This document shows, piece after piece, positions 11,222 through 20,275 of a stretch of 64,000 nt of DNA. Position numbers and translations under genes: made by a program. Origin of the DNA: an uncultured Candidatus Rokubacteria bacterium (GTDB lineage Bacteria > Methylomirabilota > Methylomirabilia > Rokubacteriales > CSP1-6). The notes under the pieces were generated by a model. That model did no database searches. It saw only the letters and a program-made list of their open reading frames with translations, and was not told where the DNA came from. The stretch lies in the NCBI GenBank assembly GCA_963758635.1, contig CAVWWD010000008.1:160001-224000 (forward strand), given 5' to 3'. The stretch's first letter is position 1, and every line of letters begins with the position of its first letter.

Positions 11222-11603
11222 GCCGCCGGCCTGGCGGCGCCGGCGCGGGCGGCCTTTCCATGAACCCGCCGCCCTGAGGCCAGCCTGGAGGCGACACCAC
11301 GATCCGCTCCTCCATGAGCCCGCCCTGCGGCCAGCCCGGCGCCTCCAGCGAGCCGATGCGCTCGAGCAGGTAGCGGAGCCAGCGCCCTGCCGCGGCTTCT
11401 CGGGCCGCCGCCGGGTCGTCCCAGGCGATCTCGTCGATCCCGTCGGCGTGGGGCGCGGGCTGGTCGGCGGCGGGACGGCCGAGCGCGATCCGCGGCGCGC
11501 CCGGGAGCTTCGCGAGGCCCTCGGCGTAGGGGCCGCGCCACACCTCCAGCCAGTCGGCCGCCGACACCTCGGCGAGGCGGCGGTGGAAGACGTAGAGCTT
11601 CAC
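11218..11603 (-). CDS. EthD-like small protein (3' frame uncertain)
   Basis: MKLYVFHRR...WRGPYAEGLAKLPG...ADGIDEIAWDD; contains an internal duplication PGWPQGG(x)ME. Confidence 0.5.
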
Positions 11604-11613
11604 GCGGGGATGT

Positions 11614-12123
11614 TCAGCCGGCGGTGGCGAGGCCCGGCACGACCTGCACCGCGGGCATCCGGCGGAGCACCTCGGGGGACACCTTGATCTTCGAGGATCG
11701 GCTGCCGCCGCCGAGGATCACCCAGTCGAGCGCCATGATCCGGTCGTCGACGTAGATCGGCATGTCGGGCGGGAGCGCGAGCACGGTGACGCCGCCGATC
11801 ATCATGCCGGTGAGCGCCTTCGTGTCCTCCGCGGTGGCGAAGGACAGGCGCGAGACGCCCATGAGCCCGCGGACGGCGTGATTAACGTCGAGCTTCGTGT
11901 GGGCCAGCACCAGGCAGGCCGCGAACTTCCGCGGCTCCTTCTTCGAGCCCACGATGATCGTGTTGCCGGATTGCTCCGGCGCGAAGCCGTACTTCTCGCA
12001 GAACGCCGCGGTGTCCGCGTACGCGGGATCGATGCGGATCAGCTCGTGAGGCACGCCGAGCCCGGCCAGCGCCTCGTTGACCTGCGCTTCCACGACGGCA
12101 TCCGGCGTCTCCTGGTCGCTCAT
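11614..12123 (-). CDS. YbaK/EbsC family aminoacyl-tRNA editing protein
   Basis: YADTAAFCEKYG...NTIIV...LSFATAEDTKALTGMMIGGVT...GGGSRSSKI. Confidence 0.85.
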   Translation of the reverse strand: MSDQETPDAVVEAQVNEALAGLGVPHELIRIDPAYADTAAFCEKYGFAPEQSGNTIIVGSKKEPRKFAACLVLAHTKLDVNHAVRGLMGVSRLSFATAEDTKALTGMMIGGVTVLALPPDMPIYVDDRIMALDWVILGGGSRSSKIKVSPEVLRRMPAVQVVPGLATAG

Positions 12124-12277
12124 GAGGCCACACCATATCATCGCGGCGGCCCGGCGGGGAGCCCGGCTCGGCGTACAATGCTGCCCGCGAGACCGGAGGA
12201 CGACGCCGGGCCGCCGCGAGCGGCCGGCGGCGGCCGCGCGGGACCGAAGCCCGTTGAGCCGCTCAAGGAGGAGCGCC

Positions 12278-13622
12278 ATGACGACCCCGTTGCGCGTGGC
12301 CCACTACATCAACCAGTTCTTCGCGGGCATCGGCGGCGAGGAGCACGCCGACGTGGGCGTGTCGATGCGCGAGGGCCCGGTGGGCCCGGGACGCGCGCTC
12401 CAGGCCGCGCTCGGCGACGCGGCGCCGCGTGGTCGGCACCGTGATCTGCGGGGACAACGCGATCAACGAGCGCGCCGACGAGATGCTGCCTGCCATCGCC
12501 GCTCACCTCCGCGCGCTCGCCCCCGACCTGGTGGTGGCCGGCCCGGCCTTCGGCTCCGGGCGCTACGGCCTCGCGTGCGGGCTGGTGTGCCGGACCGCGC
12601 GTGACCTGGGCCTGCCCGCCCTGACCGCCATGCATCCGGAGAATCCCGGCGTCCCGAGCCATCGTGGCGCCGTCGTGATCGTGCCCACCGGGGAGAGCGC
12701 GGCGTCGATGTCGTCGGCGCTCGAGTCGGTGACGCGGCTCGGCCTCCGGCTCGGGCGCGGCGAGACGCTGGGACCGGCGGAGGTGGAGGGCTACATCTCG
12801 CAGGGCGTGCGCCGCGTGTGGGACCGCGGGCGGCCCGGGTACCAGCGGGCGCTCGACATGCTCCTCGACAAGCTCCACGGCCGGCCCTTCACCAGCGAGG
12901 TGCCGTTCCGCGCGCCGGAGCGGGTGACGCCGGCCGCGCCGCTCGCCGACCTCTCCCGCGCGCGCATCGCGATGGTGACGACGGGCGGCCTCGTCCGCAA
13001 GGGCAACCCCGAGCAGCAGTCGGCGGCGAGCGCCGTGCGCTATCACCGCCACTCGGTGGCGGAGCTGGAGTCGCTCTCGCCCCAGGAGTGGGAGGCGTAC
13101 CACGCCGGCTACTTCAACCACATCGTGAACAAGAACCCGAACTACATCCTGCCGCTCTCGTTCCTCCGCGACCTGGAGCGGCAGGGCCGGATCGGGAAGG
13201 TGCACGAGTGGATCTACGCGCTGCCCGGCGTGAGCACGCCGGTCGCCATGTCGGCGAACCTCGGCAAGAGCATCGCCGAGGACCTCCGGGCGGGCGGCGT
13301 CGAGGGGGTGCTCCTCGTCGCCACCTGAGGGACCTGCAATCGTTGCGGCGCAACGATCGCAAAGGAGATCGAGCGGGTCGGCATTCCGGTGGGGATGATC
13401 TCGGCCATCTACGCGCTGGCGCTGACCACCGGCGCGAACCGGGTGGTCCGCGGCGCGCGGATCGAGCACGTGTGCGGCGACCCGAGCCTGGGGCCGGACA
13501 AGGACTACGCGTACGGCATGCGCATCGTGACCACCGCGCTCGGCGCCATCGGAAGCGCGGTCAGCGGCCCGACGCTCTTCGACCCGCTCGCCGCGGAGGA
13601 GGAGCCGGCCCATGCGTCTTGA
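12278..13622 (+). CDS. grdB: glycine/sarcosine/betaine reductase selenoprotein B; Sec at TGA 13326-13328; frameshift near 12420
   Basis: VAHYINQFFAGIGGEEHAD, GTVICGDN, AGPAFGSGRYGLACG; VLLVAT-UGA-GTCNRCGATIAKEIERVGIP continues in frame (UxxCxxC motif). Confidence 0.9.
13339..13357 (+). promoter_or_regulatory. bacterial SECIS-like hairpin for grdB
   Basis: ATCGTTGC-GGC-GCAACGAT, a perfect 8-bp stem starting at nt 11 after the in-frame UGA. Confidence 0.7.
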
Positions 13623-14923
13623 GCTGGGGTCGTTCCCGGTACGGCGGATCGAGTTTCGGCCGCGCCACGCGCTACATGGACGGCCTGCTGGAGGTGGATC
13701 GCGACGCCGCCCTCGCTGCCGTGCGGCGCGACCCGCGCATCGTCGAGGCGTCGCTCGAGATCGCGCGGCCCGGCGAGTCGGTGCGCATCTGGCCGGTGCG
13801 CGACGTGATCGAGCCGCGCGTGAAGGTCGAGGGCCCGGGGGTCTGCTATCCGGGCACGTGCGGTCGTGACATCGCCACCGTCGGCACGGGCCGCACCCAC
13901 CGGCTCGCCGGCATGGGCGTGGTCGAGGTCTCGAGCGTGAACTGGCACGACTCGGGCGGCGACTTCGTCGAGACGTACCTGGACATGGCGGGGCCGTACG
14001 GGGCGATGTATCCGTACGCGCGCCTGCAGAACCTCTGCGTGGTGGTCGAGCCCGATCGCGCGCTGAACGACGAGGCCAGGAACGACGCCGCGCACGCGGC
14101 GGCCCTCGCGGTGAGCGACCACGTGGCCGCCGCCACCGCCGGCCTGACTCCGCCGGAGACGGAGGAGTTCTCGCTGCGCCCCGTCGATCCCGCCCTGCCG
14201 CGCGTGGTCTACATCTGGGGCGTGCACTCCCCCCAGGCGATGTCGGGCTCGATGACCGCGTTCTGCACCGCCACCTACGGCCTCACCCGGCTCACGCCGC
14301 CGTGGCTCATGCACCCGAACGAGATCCTCGACGGCGCGCTCTCCGGCCCCTACCGCACCGCCTTCGCCATGTCGTGGACGGTGGTCAACAACCCGCTGTT
14401 CCTCGACCTCTACCGGCGGCACGGACGCGACTGGAGCTTCGCCGGCGTCATCCTGCTTCGCACCGAGTGGACGACGCAGCACGAGAAGCTCCTCGCCGCG
14501 AACCAGGCAGCCAAGCTCGCCGAGATGCTGGGGGCGCGGGGCGCGGTGGTGACGTGGGACGCGGGCGGCAACGAGTTCATCGAGGTGGTGCGCACCATCC
14601 AGGCCTGCGAGCGGCTCGGCATCAAGACGGTGTTCCTGACCAGCGAGGACGACGCCACCGAGGGCGCGCCCACCATGCTCGAGCCGCTCCCCGAGGCCGA
14701 CGCCATCGTGAGCACGAGCTTCTTCAAGAACCGCACGCTCGGCGTGGCCGACCCCGGCCCGGTGGAGCGCGTGATCGGCGTGCCGTGGAAGATGGTGAAC
14801 GCGGACCAGCGCTCAAACATCGGCGGTGGCCGCGACCGCCAGGTCCCGACGAGCGGCAGCCTTCCCGCGCCCTGGCGCTACGACGACCACTACGGGTTCG
14901 GGTCGCTGTCGTGTATTGAATGA
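13612..14923 (+). CDS. glycine/sarcosine/betaine reductase component B proprotein (GrdE/GrdI-like; frameshift near 13660)
   Basis: MRLELGSFPV, IARPGESVRIWPVRDVIEPRVKVEG, VGTGRTHRLAG, HPNEILDGA, AAKLAEMLGARGAVV. Confidence 0.85.
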
Positions 14924-15032
14924 CGAGCTGAGCCGAAGGCGAGGCGAGTGAAAGTGGAAAGTGAAGTGGAAACAACCGTGAATCGAAGGTCGAAGGCGAG
15001 CCGAGCGCACATGGGAATGCAGTGGAAGTGAC

Positions 15033-15287
15033 CGCATCAACAGCGCACGGGAGGCCAGGAAAGACGAGATCCTGAATCAGGACGCAGAGAATGATCGAGA
15101 CGACCTCCGTGCCGAGAACGATTTCTCGGCCGGGGTTCGCGGGAAGCACCATGAAGCCTATCGCAAGGGCACCAACGTTGTCCTGCTCGACCCCGATGTG
15201 GCAGAAGTCTTCAGGGACTCCACCGCGGTGAACACGGCCTTGCGTCTCCTGCTATCCCTTGCTCGCGAGCAGGGCGTCAAAAAGTGA
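15033..15287 (+). pseudogene. decayed BrnT/BrnA-type toxin-antitoxin cassette: toxin tail plus antitoxin (15072..15287, CTG where ATG is expected)
   Basis: RINSAREA (like BrnT RIISAREA), then DDLRAENDFSAGVRGKHHEAYRKGTNVVLLDPDVAEVFRDSTAVNTALRLLL. Confidence 0.65.
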
Positions 15288-15290
15288 CGC

Positions 15291-15362
15291 GTCGAACATC
15301 ACGATGAACTCGACGGCAGCCTCGCTGCGCTCGGCCGCCGCAGGTTATCGTGCACGTTCGGC
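15291..15362 (+). mobile_element. attC site (variant cores GTCGAAC/GTTCGGC)
   Basis: GTCGAAC-ATCACGATGAACTCGACGGCAGCCTCGCTGCGCTCGGCCGCCGCAGGTTATCGTGCAC-GTTCGGC immediately after a stop codon; arms CACGATGAAC/GTTATCGTG pair with one extrahelical base. Confidence 0.75.
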
Positions 15363-15436
15363 GGACGAGGAACGTGGACAGGCCGGTGAGCAGGCCGTCG
15401 GCCCGGGTCGTGGCATGGATGGCCGGGAGAACGGTG

Positions 15437-16414
15437 ATGCGGATCGTACCCCTCGCCGTTGGGTTGGGCCTTGCGATCGGCAGCGCGGCAACCCTGGCCA
15501 GCGCCCAGCCGGCCGGGACTGTGCATCACGTCGGCGTGCTCGGTCTCCCGGCAGAGTCCCCGCTCATGGCCGCGTTCCGGCAAAGCATGCAAGAGCGCGG
15601 CTATTCGGAGGGGCGCAACATCCGCTTCACGTACCGCGGCCGCATTACGGACCACGATGCCGATGCCGCCGCCATGGCTAATGAGTTGGCGCGCCTCAAG
15701 GTGGATGTGATCGTCGCCATAGCGCCTACCGCCGTCCGCGCCGCCAAGGCAGCAACCGCAACCGTGCCAATCGTCTTCGCTGCGGATGAGCCGGTTGCCC
15801 ACGGCTTCGTCTCGAGCCTCGCAAGGCCGGAGGGAAACCTCACTGGCTTCACGATCGTCGGAGAGGGCTTCACGGAAAAGCAACTTCAGCTCCTCAAGGA
15901 GATGGTGCCCCGAGCGAAGCGCTTGGCCATCCTCGTCTCGCCGGTTTCGAGACTGGCGGACTACGTCAGTCAAAGCCAAGCGGCTGCGGACAGGCTGGGT
16001 GTACGCCTCGATGTCTTGGAGGCCCGCACCGCGGAGGACATCGATCGCCTCTTCGCGGCGGCGACGGCCAAGAACACCCGCGTCGACGCCATGCACGTCC
16101 ACGGCATGCCCTTCCTCAGCCAGCACCGGGATCGGATCGTGGCGCTGGCCAAGACCCGACGCCTTCCCGGGATGTATTTCTCCGAGGCCTGGGTTACACG
16201 GGGCGGGTTGATGTCGTTTGGCACGGACTTTGTCGATCTGCTTCGTCGAATGGCCGGGCATGTGGACAGGATCCTGAAGGGGGCACGACCCGCCGATCTC
16301 CCTATCGAGGAGCCGACCAAGTACGTTCTCGCCATCAACGTGAAGACCGCCAGGGAGCTTGGCCTCACGGTCCCACAGTCGCTGCTCCTGCGGGCCGATC
16401 GCCTGGTCGAATGA
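15437..16414 (+). CDS. ABC transporter substrate-binding protein (ABC_sub_bind type) in a cassette
   Basis: VSSLARPEGNLTG, GGLMSFG, VDRILKGARPADLPIEEP, LLLRADRLVE; start placed after GGGAGA. Confidence 0.9.
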   Translation: MRIVPLAVGLGLAIGSAATLASAQPAGTVHHVGVLGLPAESPLMAAFRQSMQERGYSEGRNIRFTYRGRITDHDADAAAMANELARLKVDVIVAIAPTAVRAAKAATATVPIVFAADEPVAHGFVSSLARPEGNLTGFTIVGEGFTEKQLQLLKEMVPRAKRLAILVSPVSRLADYVSQSQAAADRLGVRLDVLEARTAEDIDRLFAAATAKNTRVDAMHVHGMPFLSQHRDRIVALAKTRRLPGMYFSEAWVTRGGLMSFGTDFVDLLRRMAGHVDRILKGARPADLPIEEPTKYVLAINVKTARELGLTVPQSLLLRADRLVE

Positions 16415-16447
16415 TTGGGCGGAAGCACCGCGATGCATCGGTCGGCC

Positions 16448-16518
16448 GCCGAGCTTCGTACGGCACCGGAGCGGAGCTCGCGTTGCTCGCTTCCGGCCGG
16501 TGGGCGCGGGCGTTGGGC
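16448..16518 (+). mobile_element. attC site (slightly degenerate)
   Basis: GCCGAGC...CACCGGAGCGGAGCTCGCGTTGCTCGCTTCCGGCCGGTGGGCGCGGGC-GTTGGGC; same CTCGCGTTGCTCGC loop as the attC at 359-430. Confidence 0.75.
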
Positions 16519-16583
16519 GGGCCACGTGATTGACGGAAGGCGGAAAGCCTCGCGGGCTGCGGCCGAAGAGGTAGCATACTGGC

Positions 16584-17070
16584 ATGGCAGGTCCCGCAAG
16601 ACCGACTCGCGTCTACGTCGACACCTCCGTGATCGGCGGCTGTCTGGATGAGGAGTTCCGGACTCCCTCAATCCGGTTGTTCAACCGTAGCCGCGCCGGA
16701 GACACCCTCCTTGTGGTCTCGGACATCACCTTGGCCGAGCTTGCCGCAGCCCCGGCGAGCGTTCGAAACGTGATCGAGGACCTGCCGAAGCGGGGCTCTC
16801 GAGCTCGTCCACCAGACGGCTGAGTCTGAAGCACTTGCCGAGGAGTACATCAGGCAGGCGGTGGTTTCGCAGCGAATGTTGGCGGACGCCCAGCACATCG
16901 CGGTGGCCACAGTGGCAAGGGTCGACGTGCTGGTGAGCTGGAACTTCCGCCATATCGTCAACTTGGATCGGATCCGTGGATTCAACGCGGTCAATCTCCG
17001 TGCGGGCTACCCGCTCCTGGAGATCCGATCGCCCCTGGAGGTCTGGAAAGATGACGACGAAGACCTTTGA
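16584..17070 (+). CDS. PIN-domain (VapC-like) protein (frameshift near 16795)
   Basis: RVYVDTSVIGGCLDEEF, VSDITLAEL, DAQHIAVATVARVDVLVSWNFRHIVN. Confidence 0.85.
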
Positions 17071-17233
17071 CTCAGTGAAGCTGATGCGAGAGCTTCGCAA
17101 CAAGCTAAGTCAAGAGATGGAGCGCATGACGGCCGAGGAGCGCCGGCGGTACATCCGGGGCAAGGCTGCGTCGACTGGCCTGGGAAGAAGGATGGCTGAG
17201 GACGAGCGGGACGCTGCCCAACAGCAGGCTTGA
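17051..17233 (+). CDS. small putative antitoxin, partner of the PIN protein
   Basis: MTTKTFDSVKLMRELRNKLSQEM..., overlaps the PIN 3' end and ends inside the attC. Confidence 0.7.
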   Translation: MTTKTFDSVKLMRELRNKLSQEMERMTAEERRRYIRGKAASTGLGRRMAEDERDAAQQQA

Positions 17234-17276
17234 CCGGTCCGGCTCCGACGCCGGCCGCTCAGCCGGAGCGTTGGGC
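17216..17276 (+). mobile_element. attC site
   Basis: GCCCAAC-AGCAGGCTTGACCGGTCCGGCTCCGACGCCGGCCGCTCAGCCGGAGC-GTTGGGC; GCCCAAC is complementary to the GTTGGGC at 16512-16518. Confidence 0.8.
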
Positions 17277-17278
17277 GG

Positions 17279-17377
17279 AACCTGAGGCGCATCCACGCGT
17301 ACAACGCGGTCAATCTCAAGAGCGGCTACCTGCTTCTGGAGATTCGAACGCCCCGGGAGGTTCCAGGCGATGAGTAA
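17279..17377 (+). pseudogene. C-terminal remnant of a second PIN-domain gene
   Basis: NLRRIHAYNAVNLKSGYLLLEIRTPREV, paralogous to NLDRIRGFNAVNLRAGYPLLEIRSPLEV of the preceding PIN. Confidence 0.75.
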
Positions 17378-17579
17378 GGGCTCTTCAAAGCCATTCGATT
17401 GTGTTCAGAGCATGCGCCAGGCCCGCGACAGGCTTAGCGCCGAGATCGAAGACCTGAGTTACGAAGAGTTGGTCCAGTGGCTTCGGATTCACCGGTACAC
17501 CGACCCGGTCCTTCAGCGCCTGGCAGAGAAGGCGGCCCAACAAGCCGATGCGACGGACCAGCCTTCGGGCGGCCACTGA
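17370..17579 (+). CDS. small putative antitoxin, paralog of 17051..17233
   Basis: KPFDCVQSMRQARDRLSAEI vs KTFDSVKLMRELRNKLSQEM. Confidence 0.7.
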   Translation: MSKGSSKPFDCVQSMRQARDRLSAEIEDLSYEELVQWLRIHRYTDPVLQRLAEKAAQQADATDQPSGGH

Positions 17580-17596
17580 TCCGGCAAACGCAGTAC
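17535..17596 (+). mobile_element. degenerate attC site
   Basis: GCCCAACAAGCCGATGCGACGGAC...CACTGATCCGGCAAACG; right core decayed; GCCCAAC is complementary to GTTGGGC at 17270-17276. Confidence 0.6.
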
Positions 17597-17699
17597 GATC
17601 TCTGGCATGCGGAACGACGCCGGAAGCAACTTCGGGTCGCGAAGCTCGCGGCGGCGCAGCGGCGAGTGCGGGCTCTAAGCCAGCGGTGAACGATTCCAC

Positions 17700-19121
17700 A
17701 TGACCCGCCCGACCATTGCCGCCGTCCGCTTCTTCCTCGCTCACGCCCCCGGCCTCGTCCGCCACGGCTCGAAGCCCTCGCGCGACATCGCCCGCGACCC
17801 CAACGTCGCCGACCGCATCGGGAAGGCCCTCCGCCCGTTCGAGGCCGCGCGCGACTATCCGCCGACCCAGGTCCTGCTCGGCGCGCGCCATCCCGATGTG
17901 CTGCGCGACCTGCCGCGGCCGTGGTGGCAGGCGGCGCCGGTCGCTCCCCGGACCGGGCCGCACGGCGAGATCGTTCCCGAGGAGGAGCTGCTCGGCCTCC
18001 TCAAGGCCGCCGACGAGTTCGACCTGGTCACGCTCGATCCCGGCTTCACCGCCCAGTCCCACGCGGCGCTCGCCGGGCATCCGCTCGTGACGCCGGCCGA
18101 CCTGGCGCGGCTCGAGCCCGCGCGCCGCGCGCCGGGCCGATGGCGGCGCCTCGCTGCCGCTCGCCCTGGCCTCCGGGCTGCGGCGTCGGCACGATCGCGG
18201 CGGGCCACGCCGAGGACGCCACGCTCGCCGCCGACGTGCTGCTCGAGAACCTCGCCGCGAAGGTCACGGCGGCCATGGCGCTGCGCGGGCTCCTCGCCGC
18301 CGAGCGCGTCGATCCCGCGAGCATCGAGTACGTGCTCAACAGCGGCGAGGAGGCGGTGGGCGATCGCTACCAGCGCGGCGGCGGCAACCTGGCCAAGGCC
18401 GTGGCCGCGTCCGCGGGCTGCGTGCGCGCGACCGGGGTCGACGTGAAGGGGTTCTGCTGCGGCCCCGTGCACGCGCTGGCCATCGCCGGGAGCCTGGTGG
18501 CCGCGGGCACGTTCACGCGCGTGTCCGTCGTGGGCGGCTGCTCCCTCGCCAAGCTCGGGATGAAGTACCAGGGGCACCTGCGCCACGACCAGCCGATCCT
18601 CGAGGACGTGCTGGTGGGCGTGGCCATCCTCGTGACGCCGGACGACGGCCGCTCGCCCGTCCTCCGGCTGGACGCGCATCGGGCGGCATCCCGTCGCCGC
18701 GGGCTCCGCGCAGAAGGCCATCTTCGAGGCGCTCGTCGCCGAGCCGCTCGGTCGCCTCGGCCTTCGGTTCGAGGACGTGGACCGCTACGCCACGGAGCTC
18801 CAGAACCCCGAGCTGACGGAGCCCTCGGGCAGCGGCGACGTGCCGCTTCTGAACTACCGCGTCATCGCGGGCCTCGCCGCGCTGCGGAAGGAGATCGCCC
18901 CCGGCGACATCGAGGGCTTCGTCCGCCGCCACGGCATGCCGGGCTTCTCGCCGACCCAGGGCCACATCGCCTCGGCCATCCCGTTCATGGGCCACGCGCT
19001 CGACGGCCTCCGGTCGGGCGCGCTCCGGCGTGCGCTCTTCCTCGCCAAGGGCAGCCTCTTCCTCGGCCGCATGACCCAGATGGCCGACGGCCTCTCCGTC
19101 ATGCTCGAGCGGAACGGCTAG
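17700..19121 (+). CDS. grdC: glycine/betaine reductase component C beta subunit (frameshifts near 18150 and 18675)
   Basis: LAHAPGLVRHGSKP, LLENLAAK, EEAVGDRYQRGGGNLAKAVA, DVKGFCCGPVHA, ELQNPELTEPSGSGDVP, GFSPTQGHIAS, KGSLFLGRMT. Confidence 0.9.
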
Positions 19122-19145
19122 GCCACGTGTATCCGATCCCGGACA

Positions 19146-19174
19146 TTGACCGGAGCCACGTGCGCCGATACGCT
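19146..19174 (+). promoter_or_regulatory. sigma70-type promoter, probably leaderless, for the Uma2 gene
   Basis: TTGACC-N17-TACGCT, with GTG ATG beginning 5 nt later. Confidence 0.55.
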
Positions 19175-19179
19175 CGGGC

Positions 19180-19773
19180 GTGATGGAACAGGCCGACGTG
19201 TTCGAACCGGCTGTGGCCACCCGCAAGTGGTCGCGCATCGAGTACCACCGTCTCGCCGACGCCGAGATCGTCGGTGCCGACGAGCGTATCGAGCTCGTCG
19301 GCGGGCACATGATCGTCAAGGAGCCCCAGCACCGGCCCCACGTGACGGCCATCCAGCTCGCGGCCCGAGCGCTCCGTGCTGCCTTCGGGCCGGACTGGGA
19401 CGTGCAGGTCCAGGCTCCGATTGCTCTGGGCGACGACTCGGAGCCCGAGCCTGACGTGTCAGTCGTGGCCGGAGACCCGCGGGACTACGGCGACGACCAT
19501 CCACGGACGGCCGTGCTCGTCGTCGAGGTGTCGCTGTCACGCCTGGGCTTCGACCGAGGGCGCAAGGGTGGCCTCTATGCCCGCGCCGGCATCGCCGAGT
19601 ACTGGATCGTCAACCTCCGGAACCGGCGGCTCGAGATATACCGCGAGCCCATCCCCGACACCGTCGCCCCGTTCGGGTGGCGCTACGGCAGGGCCGAGAG
19701 CCACGGTCCGGGCGACCGTGCCACGATCCTCGCCGTGGGCCGATCCGTCGCCGTCGACGATCTCCTGCCGTGA
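19180..19773 (+). CDS. Uma2 family endonuclease
   Basis: ERIELVGG, SEPEPDVSVV, LVVEVS, YARAGIAEYWIVNL. Confidence 0.9.
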   Translation: MMEQADVFEPAVATRKWSRIEYHRLADAEIVGADERIELVGGHMIVKEPQHRPHVTAIQLAARALRAAFGPDWDVQVQAPIALGDDSEPEPDVSVVAGDPRDYGDDHPRTAVLVVEVSLSRLGFDRGRKGGLYARAGIAEYWIVNLRNRRLEIYREPIPDTVAPFGWRYGRAESHGPGDRATILAVGRSVAVDDLLP

Positions 19774-19803
19774 ACCGACGCGGCGCATAGGAAGGGGGAG
19801 AGC

Positions 19804-20265
19804 ATGGACCTCAAGGGCAAGAAGGTGATCGCGCTGGGTGAGCGCGACGGCGTGCAGGGTGGGGCCATCGCAGCGTGCGCGCGCAGCGCCGGCGCCGAGG
19901 TCGTGCTGGAGAAGACGTACTGCTTCGTCTGAACGGCCGCCGGCGCCCTTGACCTGGACGGTCAGGACGAGATCAAGCGCGTGGCCGAGCAGTTCGAGCG
20001 TGAGGACGTCGTCGTGCTGCTCGGCACCCCCACCGAGGATGCGAGCCGCCTCTACGCCATGACCGTGACCAGCGGCGACCCGTCGTGGGCGGGCGCCCTC
20101 GCCGGCGTGGCGCTCGGGCTGCCCGTGTACCACGTGGCCGAGGACGACGTGAAGAGCCAGATCCCGCCCGCCGAGTACGACGAGCACGTGGCCCTGATGG
20201 CCATGGCCATGGACGTCGAGGGCATCGGCCGCGCGGTCCGCGAGGTGCGGGCCGGCGACGGCTGA
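19804..20265 (+). CDS. grdA: glycine/sarcosine/betaine reductase selenoprotein A; Sec at TGA 19930-19932
   Basis: MDLKGKKVIALGERDGV...TYCFV-UGA-TAAGALDL...VTSGDPSWAGALAGVALGLPVYHV (CxxU motif); missed by the ORF track. Confidence 0.92.
19948..19966 (+). promoter_or_regulatory. SECIS-like hairpin for grdA
   Basis: CTTGACC-TGGAC-GGTCAGG stem-loop about 15 nt after the UGA. Confidence 0.55.
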
Positions 20266-20275
20266 CGCGCGCCAG

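Noticed and set aside
14924..15032. Purine-rich GAAAGTG/GAAGTG repeats as a functional array
   Set aside because: Short, irregular and at the edge of the decayed cassette block; no function can be supported
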